From contig JAQFVV010000002.1 of the NCBI GenBank assembly GCA_028023455.1, positions 27,652,001 through 27,716,000 on the forward strand: DNA of 64,000 nucleotides, written 5' to 3'. Positions 40,180 to 54,815 of this stretch are shown here, piece after piece; position 1 is the first letter of the stretch, and each line of letters begins with the position of its first letter. Origin of the DNA: Epiperipatus broadwayi (lineage: Eukaryota > Animalia > Onychophora). A model generated the notes under the pieces. The model did no database searches, was not told the origin of the DNA, and saw only the letters and a program-made list of their open reading frames with translations. The position numbers and the translations under genes were made by a program.

Positions 40180-40540
40180 TGGGATTTTCAACAGAAATGC
40201 TAATAAACCTATTTTTTTTTATAAACAAATTACCCCCCCCCCAAAAACAAAAATGGAACAAAAACCACAAAAAAACATTAATTACGAGATTGAAAATGTC
40301 GGAGTATTTACAAAAAAAAAATCGGATCGCGTTGATAAAGAAAAATATTTCCATAAGGAGTGGGATTTTCAACAGAAATGCTATTAAACATATTTTTTTG
40401 TTCTAAACAAAGTAAACAAACAAACAAACAAAAAAATTAACAAAAACCACAAAAAACAAAAACAAAACAACAACATTAATTACAAGACTGAAAATTACGA
40501 AAAAAAAAGATCACAGTGATAAAGAAAAACATGTTTCTAA
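40180..40540. repeat. Degenerate tandem duplication, ~185-bp unit
   Basis: tgggattttcaacagaaatgcta, caaaaaccacaaaaaa, cattaattac.aga.tgaaa and gataaagaaaaa each occur twice. Confidence 0.65.
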
Positions 40541-41179
40541 ACTACTTGCAGGGTAAATTTCCTTTCAATTAGATGTCACAGCAACATTACATATTTATTG
40601 TGGGTGTGAAAAGGTCATTGCAGGTTTAATACCAAAGTACTGATATTTCTTCTTACAGGATTATGAATATGATTCAGTTTCTTCATAGAATATGCTTACT
40701 CTATATATATATGAAAAGTTTTATCAAAAAAAAAAAAAGATACAATTACTGATGTTAAAAATAAGACTTCCTATTATTTTATTCATTCCTTATATATATA
40801 GTCTTATCTACATTTGAAAAGTAATTGGTTCCAAAAATATAAATCAAAATGACTGTTAAAAATACTATTTTATTTTATAGTGTTTTCATTGAGGAAAATA
40901 TTTTAATTGGTTGTCAATTTTTGATTTGACATGCACTTAAAAATTAAAGAAAATACATTTTTTTAAAAAAAAGTATTAATTACATTTACAAAATGATTAG
41001 CATACTTTAAATTATTCCAAATAAAACTTAAAGCAATTACTAACAAAACTAAGCAAAAGAATTTTAAGCATTAATGCAGGTGTATTTAATTATTGTGCTC
41101 TCACAGGCCAACTGACCCACAGTTTTTTGGAAGTTAAATTTAAAATTCACTGTTAATATCTTCATAAAAATTCTAATTA

Positions 41180-41526
41180 AACAATTAAAAACAAAGCAAA
41201 ACTCTCCATACAGTAGTGCCATCTTGTGCCAACAAGAGCAATCAATGGATGCCAGAAGGCTTGTGCATAAAATCCCTATCTAGTGCCTACTCATCCAATA
41301 TCCCCAGAATAGTTTCTGGCTTGTGGCCTTCGTCAGTGAGGAGACAGAAACTAGTCTGGGGATATTGGATGAGTAGGCACTAGATAGGGATTTTATGCAC
41401 AAGCCTTCTGGCATCCATTGATTGCTCTTGTTGGCACAAGATGGCACTACTGTATGGAGAGTTTTGAATTGTTTAATAACAATTATGTGCTAGTATGAGA
41501 TAGTGATCATGTGATGTTTAATGGTT
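41180..41526. mobile_element. Family A locus with a near-perfect 122-bp inverted repeat
   Basis: 41197-41318 versus 41345-41466 match 121/122 around a 26-nt loop. Direct repeat taaaaattctaatta at 41165-41179 and 41527-41541. Confidence 0.9.
41301..41342 (-). ncRNA. Family A hammerhead motif with compensatory stem II change
   Basis: UCCUCA CUGACGA A-GGC-CACAA-GCC-A GAAA CUAU UC UGGGGA. Stem III is weakened by G16.2U. Confidence 0.65.
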
Positions 41527-43509
41527 TAAAAATTCTAATTATATAATAATTATATTATTCTTTGTTAAATATAGATTTTGAAACAATGGTAAACAAGTAA
41601 TAGAATTCTGTGAAAGCAATCTATATGGCAAACTTAATTAATTATATATATTGTAATGGACAGTAGGCAGATCAATATCCAGAGCATCACTAGATGATCT
41701 ATAGCCTATGTGAAAGTTTACAGGTGAGAATCTTTGATAAATACCTGCACAGACATTTACAATTGCCTCTAGGTCATGGAGGACAGAATCTTTAAAAATA
41801 TCAATTGGCAGAGCAGACAACAATAAAAAAAAATACTAAAACTGATCTAACAATAAACAAAACAAAGTTTATTAGCAATTCAATATAGTAAGATTCAAGA
41901 ACAAATAAATTTCCCTTATATATATATTGGCATTTGATCTCTGGCAGCATTTAATTGTTAATACAAAACTTTATAATGTTATCATCTTGAAGAATGTTAC
42001 TCTATTATTTATCTAATTCTGTTAGATATGGGTGCACATATATTTTTCACTATTGCATTAATAGAACAAGTCAGCCATTATAAAGTCAGACCTATACACT
42101 GCATTTGATCCCAAGCCAAGTAATCAACAATAAATGGCCTCTAACCACCCAAAGCACAAAGCAAAATCAAATTCATGCAGAAAAATGTCAATTCAAAGCA
42201 AAATCAAAATCATCTATAAGTACCTCAAGTGGGAAAAATATATCACAGAGGAGTAAGTAACATATACAAAATTCAAGTGTAGCGGATAAATTAGCTAGGG
42301 ATCACTATATAAAATGCACACACACACACACATATATAATTCTTTAACTTCAGATGCACATGTGAAGTAAAGAAATTAAATAAGGCAAACTGTTTATAAA
42401 TTACAAAATTAACTTACTGAACTATTTATATAATACACGCATATCACATTGGACACATATTTTGACTTACATTAATGATTTTTGTGTGTGTATATATAAA
42501 TGTTTTGAACATTTGAAAAAAAAAGAGATACTCGTGAGTTTTCAAGTCTATTTTTGATAAGTCTAGTTTTACCACCCCCAAGATATGTTAACAAAAAAAT
42601 GCCTGTAAAGAAACATATAATTTATTTTCCTTGTTTTGGATCAATTTATTAACAGAAAAATGAAAAGAAATATATAAATACAATATTTAAATTTTATTCA
42701 TATCAATGGTGTGAAATCATATTGTGACCATTAATTAATGCATACTTTTTGGGAGGACAAGATCCTGTATCTTTAGAAATAGTCCACTATACTGATCCGA
42801 AATTTTCATCATTACAACAATTAACAAAAACACTGCTGACAAAAAAAAAAACATGCTGAATTGTATCAAAGTATGATAATGATAACAGCTCGTGTTGCTT
42901 CCCATGTTATAAGTAGAAGAAAAAAAAAACTTGGAATAAAACTTCTTAATGAAATTTATTCCTTTTTTACAATTTAACAATAGATTTATTAATTTTGTTT
43001 TAATTTAATAACTAATATATCTTGAGTAGATTGAGAGAAGAGGTTGAATGTAAACTTTCATTTTGTAGCCATTAATGCACACTTTTTGCCAGGACAGGAT
43101 GTCATGTTTGTAAATAATCCACTGCATCATGTTCTGTGATTGGAAGGCCCCAAATTTTGATGACAATGTTAGGAGCATCTCATTGCTTCCATGTTCTAAT
43201 ATAGTTAAAAAAAAAAAAATTGAAATAAAGCTTCTAATAATTTAGTATTTTTATTAATTTAACAATCGAACTAACACATCTTCGCTAGATCATGACCTCA
43301 GTATAGTATATTTATCAATATTTGTAATACGCTTGCTATCTTGGTTTACTCGAAAGCTCATAAGTACCAGGAAAGATTATTCTGTATTGAGGTCTTTAAA
43401 ACTTGCTGAGCATGCTTTCAACTGCCTTCAGAGACATATTTTTAAACACCAAATTTTCATTATTTAAATTAACTGTATCTTTTTTTTTTGAACTTTTATC
43501 TTTAGGAAA

Positions 43510-43641
43510 AAGATTGATATTAAACCACTAAACAACATATGATCATCATTTCTTATGCTTGCTCAAGTTAAAACAGGCAAAACTCTCCATACAGTAGTGC
43601 TACTCAGTGCAAGCCAGAGGGGCTTGTGCATAAAATCCCTC
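43510..43641 (-). mobile_element. Family A fragment (3' end only, no HHR)
   Basis: aaaccactaaacaacatatgatcatcatttcttatgcttgctcaag..aggcaaaactctccatacagtagtgc matches 57611-57710. Confidence 0.8.
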
Positions 43642-44575
43642 TCAAACAAAACTGATTTTCTTTTCCTTTAAAATAAAAATATTTAAAAACATACCAAGAT
43701 AGATAAAAGTCAAAACTATAAAACAAAAAGTGTTATAAAGTGTAGGTGTTAAAAATATGTTAACGCAAAAAATAAAATAAATACATAAAACTATAAAAAT
43801 TACATTATAAATTGCCCAAATATCTCTAAATATAACTGGTTTGTTGGTAATGAAAGTTTAAAGGTTTATTAAGTAATTCATAAAGTAAATAAATGGACTA
43901 TCTTAAGTCCAAGATACAGTTGATTATATATTGTTTTCTATAAAAGTGAAATTATACTTACATACATATGTTTTCATTAAAAAAGCTCTTAGGTGGTTTG
44001 CTAGTAGTTTTTCCATTTACAGATTTCAAATCTTAGTCACCATCAGATTGTGTTTTTTAGTAGTTTCTCTTGAAAATTTGTTCCCTTTCATAATTGAGAA
44101 ACACATCTGTTTTAACAGCAATTTAATATCTGTGAAAACATATGGCAGAGCATTAGATCAAATTCAGAAAGCAGAATTGGACATCCTGATGGTTTTGGGT
44201 TACATGTCGTGAAGTTCTTTTGGGGTGATTAGCAATCCATCTTGATTCTTTTAGCTGCTGGTAAAAACTCTATGTACGTTATGTTGAGCAGTCAAACAGC
44301 TTAGATCAAAAGACAAAATTATTTTTCAAGTTGGCCTATTTATATCAATCCCACCTTTGCAAAACATTTTTTTTTTAAAATTAACAAGCCAGTAATTATG
44401 TTAATTACCCACAACTTTATAGATGATACCTAGCCATCTTAATCCCAAAAATATGTTTAATTGAAATTTAAAACATTTCCAAAACATAAAACAAAGCTTT
44501 AAAAAAAAAAAAAGGTTTTCCAGGAATTGTATTAAAAAACAATCTAATTTATGAAACCTGAATTTGATTTACAAT

Positions 44576-44766
44576 TGCCAACTACTATATTTTAAAAATA
44601 AATTATAGATTGAAATTGAATATCTATCTCATAGTTTCCACCATTAAGTTACTGTTGCTATATGAATCTTGTCAACTACTATATTTTAAAAATAAACTAT
44701 AAATTGAAATAGAATATCTATTTCATATAATTTCCATTATTAAATTATTGCTGCTATATGTATCTT
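44576..44766. repeat. Tandem duplication, 94-bp unit
   Basis: caactactatattttaaaaataaa at 44579 and 44673. Confidence 0.8.
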
Positions 44767-45399
44767 TAACAGGATAATGCGCTTTGGTTTGTTAAACTTT
44801 TTATTTAGGCAAATGGTTTGTGTGAGGATAAATGTCAATTACAGTGGTAATTTGATTATAGAACTTTAGCAGCAACAAAATAAACAGATGGTCAATTTAC
44901 ATACAGTCCAGCTGGTGAAAAAAAATCAATTTATATTTTAGCTGTATATTTTTAAAAATTTCAAACATTGCAATTTATTGTTTGTCAGTACTACATTGAT
45001 TCGTTTAAAATTCTTATACATAGAACATCAATAATCCAACTAGGCAATTTCTACCATCACAACAAATTATGAGAGAATCTATTGGATTTCCATAAACACC
45101 AGATTTATTTTACCATGCTTTAAGATTTGCCTAAAGTCATATTTTTTATTAATCCTTGAAAAAATGCACATATTAAAATAAAATTAAAGAAAAATCACAT
45201 TCAAGTCAATGCCTGTAAAATAGTAAGACTTCAGGAAAATCATTTTTCTTTCAAAAAATGTATTTTTTTTTGTAGATTGTGATTAGTGAGAACAAAAGCT
45301 TATCACTGCCTACTAAAATGACAATTTTAAAAGAGATCTTTTTTTTTTTTTTAGTTATATAAAAAGTACCAGATTAATGGTATTGCATCTATATATAAG

Positions 45400-45960
45400 G
45401 TACAAAAGGAGTTTATTATTAACTAAAAGGAGACAATTTGATCCTTTTTTGAAGACTTGAACACAGGACATATCTCCCATGTTCACTTCATAATTTGTTC
45501 TTTGCAGTTGCTATTACTATATGATTATTCATATAGAAAACACATGCATGGGCTGTTCACCAACACAATTCCAGCGAGCATGGTAAGTTTATTGGCCTTT
45601 TACCTCAGAATTTATCAAAATACATCATGATATTTCTTCTTACTGCCTAATATTTCTTAACTGAAATATTAGTTCAATTTTCTTGAAGGCAGGAAGAATA
45701 CGTGTATAAATGAACTTCATATATATTTATAACCATGAGACAAAACAAAATTATGCGATTACCAGCAGTTTGTAAAGTTATCAGTCAAAACAGATTAGTA
45801 GCTGAAAACAAAATTTCCTGGTTAGAAAACAGATTTTTGTCATTCAAGGATAATTTTTTTATTTAAGTACTTACAACTGCAGATTCTTTTCAAATGAAGG
45901 AAGAATGCACAAATTAAAAGAATGCCTAATATTAAATGGGATTTTATGATATTGGTTGAG
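45400..45960 (-). repeat. Older relative of the RTE 5' region at 35040-35600
   Basis: Shared ttgcag.tg.tattacta.tgattattcatatag, atgggctg.tcaccaacac and tatttaggtacttacaactgcagat. Confidence 0.65.
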
Positions 45961-48900
45961 AATACATCTTCTTGAATAAGTTCCAAAAAGTTTTAATTTG
46001 ATAATAGTTGTCAAAAGTATTGAAAGTTCTTTGCATTTGTTGGAGCTATTTCTACTTGTATCCGAGGGAGGGGGATTACCTTTGATACTCAGGATTTTAA
46101 AACTAGTTATTTTTATCATGTTTAATAAGATAGTAAATAGCAACAACAATCATTTGCAAATAATTATAGCCATTCTAACATAAAAAAAAAAATAACGATA
46201 CACTAGAGGTAAGTTTTGCAATGATTATACAAATTGATCTGTGACTACAAATACAATCACGCAAAACTATCCTAAACTGTTTCTGCATCAAACTTCCGAA
46301 ATATTTTAACACTGCCTAATATTCTAACTTCAACCAAATCTTCTTGATCAAAGCAATCAATGGTGCACTTCTTTAAAGGGTTTGTGAGATAATTTTAATA
46401 AACTAGATTTACTTCTCATATGAAAACCATGCTCTTCACAAAATACTTTTAAGTTTCTACTTGCTCAGTAGCTGCACTGGCCAAATCTAATAAAGATGTG
46501 ATTAGAGTAGTAGACTCTATAGAAAACTTGAACTCCCATCTTTTATGATTACTTGTATCAAGTTGAATGCAAAACTTTACATCATTTATTTTTTCTTTGT
46601 ATGTTTCATATTAAATTCTCTTAATAAATTTTTTTCTTTTTGATGGTATAATATAATTTATGTTAAGCAATATTTTGTGAGTCCAAATGCTCAAAAAAGA
46701 TTGCCAATGCTTCCTGAAGAATATAATAATTGATCTTATGACCTTGCCACTGTCCTTTTAGAATTTTAAGAAGTATCTTAAATGAAGTTTTTGTCATTAT
46801 ATTATGTCAATAGGAGATTTATATTTAATCTCCATGCAATAAATTTGATAAAACATTCTATGGATAGTTAATTTGGTTATAGTAATTATACCACCATAAT
46901 GAAATTTCCTATCTTTGAATTTAAATCCTGCAGCAAAATACTGATGTCTATGTATAATCTTTTATATTTTCATTTATTCTGGAAAAATCAACAAGAGCAT
47001 TATATTCCCAAAAGAATAATACTTAATTGGAATTAGATCATATTAAAATTGTGAAATATCTACTTTCAGATACTCATATATATTATATATGACATATCAT
47101 GTATTGTGCTATATTTATATTTTCAATATTTAAAAACATTTAAAAAGTTATGAATTAAATAAAATTACAAATTAAAGAAACAAACAAGCACACTTTTATA
47201 AATTAAGGATGGCTTTTTAAATTATTAATCCTGTAGCATTTTCAAGAATTTCAAACAATCCATACTTCAAATCAAGTTATTGTTAACCTTATAAGAACTA
47301 AGCATGTGTGGGTTGCACCATTTTTTTTCTTATTTACTTGCCTGTCTAATGGTATAAGAATATTTTCTCTGATAAATTTAATTTTTTTTTTACGATTTTT
47401 TTTTTTGTTTCTAGTAAGATATTTTTAATGTTTGTTTCTTTAGGTTTAGAATTCATGAAAACAAATTAATGTAAGATTTATTTCACTGCAAATTATAGAT
47501 TCTAATTCTAGCATATTAATCCTAGTAGTTGAACTATGTGACTTGAAGGGCTTCACTTTCGGCAACTTATCTGATGAGAACTAGCCGGTAACTTCCCAGA
47601 AGTTGATGAAGTTGCAATTCTTAAAAAAAAAAAAAAACCTATAAGGAAACACAGCAGCCACTTCTGTGCCATGACTATTATCACAAATGAATTTGGACTC
47701 ACTTTTGACCAAATACAAATCAAGAAAAAATTAAATTAAAAAAACTAATTCATTTGAATACAAATAATAATTTAACAATCACCACATAAAAATAATCCAT
47801 AAAAAAGTAATTCACTGTAATAAATGTCAGTCAAATATAAGCATTCCCTAAGAAATTAAATTCCAGAATGCTATCTGTTTAGGAGAAAAATGCAGATGCC
47901 ATGAAATAAACAACTTTCCCCCTCCTACATTTAAAACAATGACTAATAAATAAAACAATAAAACTAAATGTTTGAATGATGATAGCTTTTTAGAATTTAG
48001 TACGGATTTGCATTTGACTTCATTATTAAAATATTACTTCCCAGTTCAACTTTATACAGTTACTATCCTAAATATATATTATTACTTGTGCACTTTTATA
48101 ACATTCATATTTAATTTCTGTTTGGACAGCTTTTTGGAATTTAATTTTTTATGAACTGCTTATATATAACCTGCATTCATCATTACCAATTATTTTCCTA
48201 CAGAATACTTTTTGTATTGCTGTGCTAGTTAAACCATTACTCACATTCATTCTATTTATTTGATTGGTCTTTCAAATATAGTTTCTTAAAGGTTTGTATA
48301 TGACTTCACTGCTAAACCACTAGTTTTATATTTACTGTGCATCGGTCTGGTTGCTAAGTATATTATTTTCAAATTTGTTTTCATGTGATTATTTATATTA
48401 TGTTTTTGACTTTTTATACGTAATGTCAAAGTAATTAATCTCTTTTTTGTCACTGGTATGAAATAGGGACAACTGATAATTAAACAACAGACTCTAGTAG
48501 CACCTATTTTATTATTTACTTAAAAATTATTACAAATTTTATGAATAAAAAAAAAAATGTTTTTGATATAGTACATAAACTGTTTATTAGTAAACACAAT
48601 ACAATTACTGTGCTTTTTTTAGCAGATAATTTTAGAGTTAAGATAGTGATTTTGCAATCTCGATGAAAACTTCTCATTGAATCAAGATTCATTTACAAAA
48701 ACAAAACATGATTAAAAAAATAAACAACATAAATGTTCATTTTCTAATTTATTTTTTTATTCTCTTTATATATTATATGATCAAGTTTATATATATAATT
48801 ATTTTACTGCACACTGAGATTTATTTTATCAAATACAGTCTGACAAAGATGGAACTTAAATAAAAATTAAAAATAATAGATAAGTATAGTAGATTTTTTT

Positions 48901-49957
48901 GTTGTTGATATAATTGATTATTGCATGCATCTAAAAATTTTATAATAATTGAAGTGCATTAAGATTTTATTTTTTTTGAGAATATTTAAAATTACAAAGA
49001 AAGAATTTTCAAATTAGCCATAGTATTACAAGATTATTAATTATATTAATTAGTTATTCATATTTTAATAAATGTTTACATTTTTCAATTTAATTTTAAT
49101 GATCCTTATTACTGTATGTGAGTAATTTTTCTTATATATAATTGATAAAACTAACACTTTCTCTCTTGCATAAGCTTTTATGATGCCACACTGTATTACA
49201 TGAAAAAGTTATAAAGTGATCAATTTAAAAATAGTGGACTATTTTGAAAATCACTATACCAAATAATTGCTTATTTATTGAAATAATGGGTATAAAATGA
49301 TAATTATAGTGAATGCTTGTATAAAAAGGACACCAATATACACAGAAAATGTATACTTCCAAATAATGAGTTTTAAAAAAAATTCTCCTTTATTAATAAC
49401 AGCAAGTTAATTTTACTTCTTTGTAATTTTATTCTTTTAAAGTTTAATAATAATTTAGCAGTACAAATAAACAAAAAAAAAAAAAAAATGTATTTTTTTT
49501 ATAGACATTTACTTTATTCATTTTAAAATTGCTAATATGTTTCAACTAAAATATTTTTTCAAAAAAATATAGATTTTCTAAAAAAGTTTTCCTTATAATA
49601 TTAACTATGATCAAAGATTTTCTTTAACCTTTATTTCTGGTAATTAATTAATAAGAAAATTAATTCTACAAGAAATGATAATCTAATACCATCTGATTAC
49701 TAAATTATATATACAATTTTAAAAACTTTTAAATCTTAGTTATATTTTTAAATTTATTATTTTTAATAGGATTTTTTTTTGTCAGAGATTTTAATTTACT
49801 TAATTTTCTTTCATGCAATTTAACCATTATGCACATACATGTGCATTTTACAGTATTTCAATTATTTAACTATTATTTTTCTTTAAATTGTATAGGCTAA
49901 ATTAATTTAACAATATAATTTTTTTCTGAGTTTATATATAGCAATTGTAAACAATTA

Positions 49958-52353
49958 CCAAATTACTTCAAATGTCAGACACTTTTTTCCCAAATTTTGA
50001 ACCCATAAAAGAAAAGTATGTCTTAAATTGGGAACAAAAATTTTTAACATCTTATTTCTGCAGATCTTTACACATGACCATTAGCCTATATAGAATGGTG
50101 TGTTAAATCTTTAATCAAAAAAAAAGATTAAACTTATGTTTTGCAGACCAATGTTTTATCAGGCCAGAAGTTAAGAAATTGAATTTGTATTTTTTGCCCT
50201 CTACTAACAGATTTTGTGAATTTTTTTTTTCTCTTTCAGACTTTAAAATTCATGTATTTTTTATTCTAATATTTTAATTTCAAAAAAATTCTAAAGATGT
50301 CAGGATAATCAAAAATACGAGCATTTCAAAGTATGGTAAGTTCCACAATGATAAGCACTCATGGTATTTGTGGCAGTCTCAAACATTGCAATATTACTTT
50401 GAGAAAATATTATGAATTTGCATAGTAATTGTGTGATAATTATTATAAATTAAAAATATATATTATATTTATTTTCTACAGAAATGTTTCATTTTTAAAT
50501 ATAAAAGATATTTTCTGACATTTAAAAAAAAAACAACAACAATCTGTTAGAAAATATAGCAATGTCATAAAAATTACTAAAATTTTTAAAGCATAAGTTG
50601 ATAGATTTAATAGATATTAATAATTATTCATAGAGATTTTAAAAACAAACATCAAAAGAAAATTTTTATTCATTTTGCAAACAAACGTCCCTCCTCATAA
50701 TTTTAATGAGGAAATGGTGCTTCGCTTTGATTAAAATCTAATTTTGAAAATAATTCTGAAAAACAAATATGATTTTGTAAAAACTTATTTAATTTCTAAA
50801 CAAAAATACCTATCAAATGAGATCAAATTTATTATATTCTGATAAATAATAATGGTTTAATATTAAAATGAAAATTGAAAGCTTATAGCAAGTGAGAACA
50901 ATGAATTCTGTCAGAATACAAGAGGATTAACATTAAATGTCAATATTTTTGGATTAATTTCATAAAATACCTCAACTGTCAAACTGCTACTTTTAATATT
51001 ATTTTATCAATTTTACCATTATCAAAAAAATTGTACCAAATAACTTTCAGATTTTTTTTACAACTAATGAATCAATATTAGATCAAGAACTTGCCTCACT
51101 CTGATCGGTTGTTTCATAAATGTGATGGCATATCAACAATTTTGACAGTTACAATATCTGTTTTGATTTTCAAAATAAAAATATATGTTTTAGAATTTTC
51201 TAATATTATTCTGTGCATTTTACTGTTATTTTATCAAAAAACTGTAGTGAATAACCTTTAGAATTTTTTACAGTTAACAAATCAATATGAGATAACCTGC
51301 TGTTGTTCTGATTGTTTTTTCTTATTCTGTACATAAGAGAGTGCCTGCCAACGATTTTTACAGTTCTGATATCTTCGTTTTGATTTTCGAAAGTGAAAAT
51401 GTATGTTTTAGAATATTTTAATGTTATTTTGCAGATTTTACCATTCTTTTAAAGAGAAAACTGTACCAAATAATCTACAGAATTTTTTTACAACTAATAA
51501 ATCAATAAAACAATGAGATAAAAAGATGCCTTTACTCTGATTAGTTGTTTCTTGTTTGCTAGACAAGAGACTGCCTGTCAATGATTTTGACAATTCCGAT
51601 ATCTTCATTTTGATTATTTTTTCAAAAAATATTTGTAAAATATAAATTATTTTAGAAGAATGATTCAGATTTTAATAAAAATTCACTTTTACACGAAAGC
51701 AAATTAAGAAAAAAATCAATGACATATGTAATGACGAAAATGTTTTAGTTGATCGTAATAGATTATTTTTGCCAATTACAAAAAGAAATTTATTTTTAAT
51801 CGTTTATTTTAATAATCTGACAAATTATTATTTTGTATTTTAGAAAAGGGGTTTAATTAAAAGGAAAAAGATTTACGAGTAAAATTAAATGTCAATATCA
51901 TATTTTAAAAGCTTTTTTTTCTTTTGAAAAAAAAAAAAAACTTTACATTATTTATACAAAAAAAAAAAAAGACATTGTAATGCAAACAATATTAAATATA
52001 ATTTTGAGTGGGTTTTGCGCTTAGAAAAATAAACCTGAAGAAATTATCAAAAAAATCTTTCTTAAATATTTTACTGCTAATGATTTAAATGGCCTGAAGA
52101 TAGTGTATCCTGGTGAAATAGTGAAGATGAGAATTTAAGTTCTGAAAATTAAAAATATAAAAAATAAAAGTATGTCTGAAGAAGATTAGTAATAAATTAG
52201 GTAAGCTTATTGTATTTATATTAGTTTCTATTTAAGTAAATAAAAATGTTTATTTTTCAATAAAAACATTCAAATTTTTTTTACCCAATTTTATAAGCTT
52301 AAAATCCTACTGAGTCTTAAATTCAAGAATGTCTTATATTTGAAATAATACGG
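49958..52353. mobile_element. Old non-autonomous pogo/Tigger-like element with three internal ~215-bp tandem units
   Basis: (TA)CCAAATTACTTCAAATGTCAGAC versus GTCTTATATTTGAAATAATACGG(TA) match 20/25, with typical sub-terminal cacttttttccc..gtctta. Tandem units at ~51000-51660. Confidence 0.6.
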
Positions 52354-54815
52354 TATTATTTCAGAATTAAACAATTTTACAGTAAAAAACATGATCATTG
52401 TTACATTTCTTTAAAATATAAAATAATCAATTTCTTTTATAAATAATATAAAATTTATGTTAAAAAAATGCTAAAAGATATTAATATATTTAAACAGACT
52501 TTGTTTTCTTTGATGCATTTCAAAAACTTTTTTTTACAATCTGATCTGCTAATATTACCTAATTCAAGATTATTAAATGTTCCTTAAAATAAATTACTCT
52601 TAAGCAAAATACTCTTTTTTTTTTTTACAGGTAATAAACATATTTTTCTTGCATTTTCTTTAGTACTAGAATTAATACTTTAAAAAACTTATATTATAGA
52701 TATGTATACGATTAAATTTTTTTCGCAAATTATTTTTTATACATGCACATGTAGAATAGCTTAACTTGCAATAGCTCTATTATTTTTAAAATTGAACGGG
52801 TGTCCCTCTCAGTATCTTTCTAAATATGTTACTTTTTTGCAAAAACCAAATTAGCTTTAACTTAGCTCATGTAGTTTTAATTTTACACACCCTCATCTTT
52901 TGTTTTAGTTATATCTCATACCATTGTAGTCTAGAATTGGTGCAAATTATTTTCATTTTTTTCAAATGACAACTTTTTTATTTTATTTTATTTTTTTTAA
53001 AAAGTAAACTAATGGCAATAATAATGAGTAGCAAATTTATTTCATTAAAATCACTGATTATAAAAAAGCAATTGATTACTCATAAAAAAAATTAACAACT
53101 GTATTTAATTAAACACAAATAATTATTTCATTTTATGGTTATATTTTTAAAAAAAATTATACAAATAATTTAACAGAATCTTCATTGAGAATCATCAGGT
53201 GTTTCAGAAAAAGTATGTCACTTTATATTGCTATTTACCATTATTATAACTGGTACTAGCATTGGATTTTTTTGATAACATAGATTCTGCTGTTCTGCTC
53301 TAATTGATTTTCTAATTGAAAAAAAAAAAAATCTTAAAAAGTATCTTACAGATAGTTGGTAAATATCAATAGTCTTTATTGTTCTTGAAGGAAAGATTTT
53401 TAAGGGTATTTTCTTTCCTTGTGGTATTGTTTTCACTCGGTATTTGGAATTTAAAAAATATAATTTTTTATTTGTTTATTAAATATTTCTGATTATTGTT
53501 ACAAACTAAACAAAAAAGATACACATATTCAATTTAATTTTATTCATTTGTTTTATTTTTATAAATACAAGTTAATGAACTTGACAATAATGTTAACAAT
53601 GAAAATCACAGCATAGATTTGACCAGTTTTATGTTAAAGTTGTGCAATGTTATCACCTGTCAAAATTGGTGTGAGAATTTTTTAAAATATTTTACTAGTT
53701 GTAAAACAAATACCACATTTTAAAACAATTTGATAGATTTATTACAACTTAGTTTTTAAATATATTTTTTATATTATTTGATTATAAATTAAATTAAAAA
53801 AGAAATCAAATCCAATTTATTGAGTTTTAGTATAAGATAAAGATTTTATACAATAGAGAAAGGTTAAGATTTTCAATAACTCCCATGAGATATAATAGTA
53901 AAAAATGTCAAATTTCAAAAGAATTAATATTGTCAGCAAATAATGTTTATTAAAAAAATCAAATTTGAAGTGATAATTACATAAAGCAAATACTCATTTT
54001 AAGAGTGGTATGACATACTGCTTGTGGTCTGAATGTTACTAAACCATGTTGTAGGTGTTGCAGATTAATATATGCTACTGGATTTTTATTAATAAAATCC
54101 TTTTGTCTGTGCTTGTTACTGTATAAACTACTGGATTCTATTACATTTAGATTTCTTTTTCATTTGTTTTTATTCCAAATGTAGATTAATCTCATATATA
54201 GCTAACAAAAATAGTTTGGTTAATACAGTAAGTTATAACTTACTATTTGTTTAAATTCTGTAGTTCTCTAATTACAAGATCAAAAAGTGGTAATAGCAAA
54301 TACAATGGGTTATGCATATGAGCACATTATAAGACTGCAATTGTATAGCCCCAAAATGTGAGCACCGTAAAATTCTGCTAATAAGATGTCTCGACTCTGC
54401 AAACTTCTAAGTTAGTCTATTTAGAGCCATATACTAATGAAACTGAAGGATTAAAGAAAAATATTTTCCTTAATAAAAATTTTAAACACTACCATAGTTG
54501 TTTTTATTATTTTATATTCATCAAAACTATTCAAATAAGGGATTAAAAATAATTTAATTATTGTTTTTTAAATCTCTTTTTAACTTTATAATCATGTAAC
54601 CATACAAAGATTATTTTGTTAAAAAAAATATCAAGAATATTATTGATCATTTAATATTAAATCATTCTAGAATCTTACCATTTATATAAATAACTTTTGT
54701 ATGTTTACAATTCTTTTAATATGATCTACATAATATTAAATTATACATCCATTGTCTTATGCCCATCATACAATGTTTCATTATATATATATATATACAT
54801 AATACTATATATGTC

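Noticed and set aside
38357-40540. Repeat arrays considered as CRISPR-like
   Set aside because: Eukaryotic context, long degenerate tandem units, no unique spacers and no cas genes.
47540-47625. CTGATGA inside a small GC-richer multi-hairpin
   Set aside because: No GAAA follows a stem II on the same strand, so HHR topology cannot be built.
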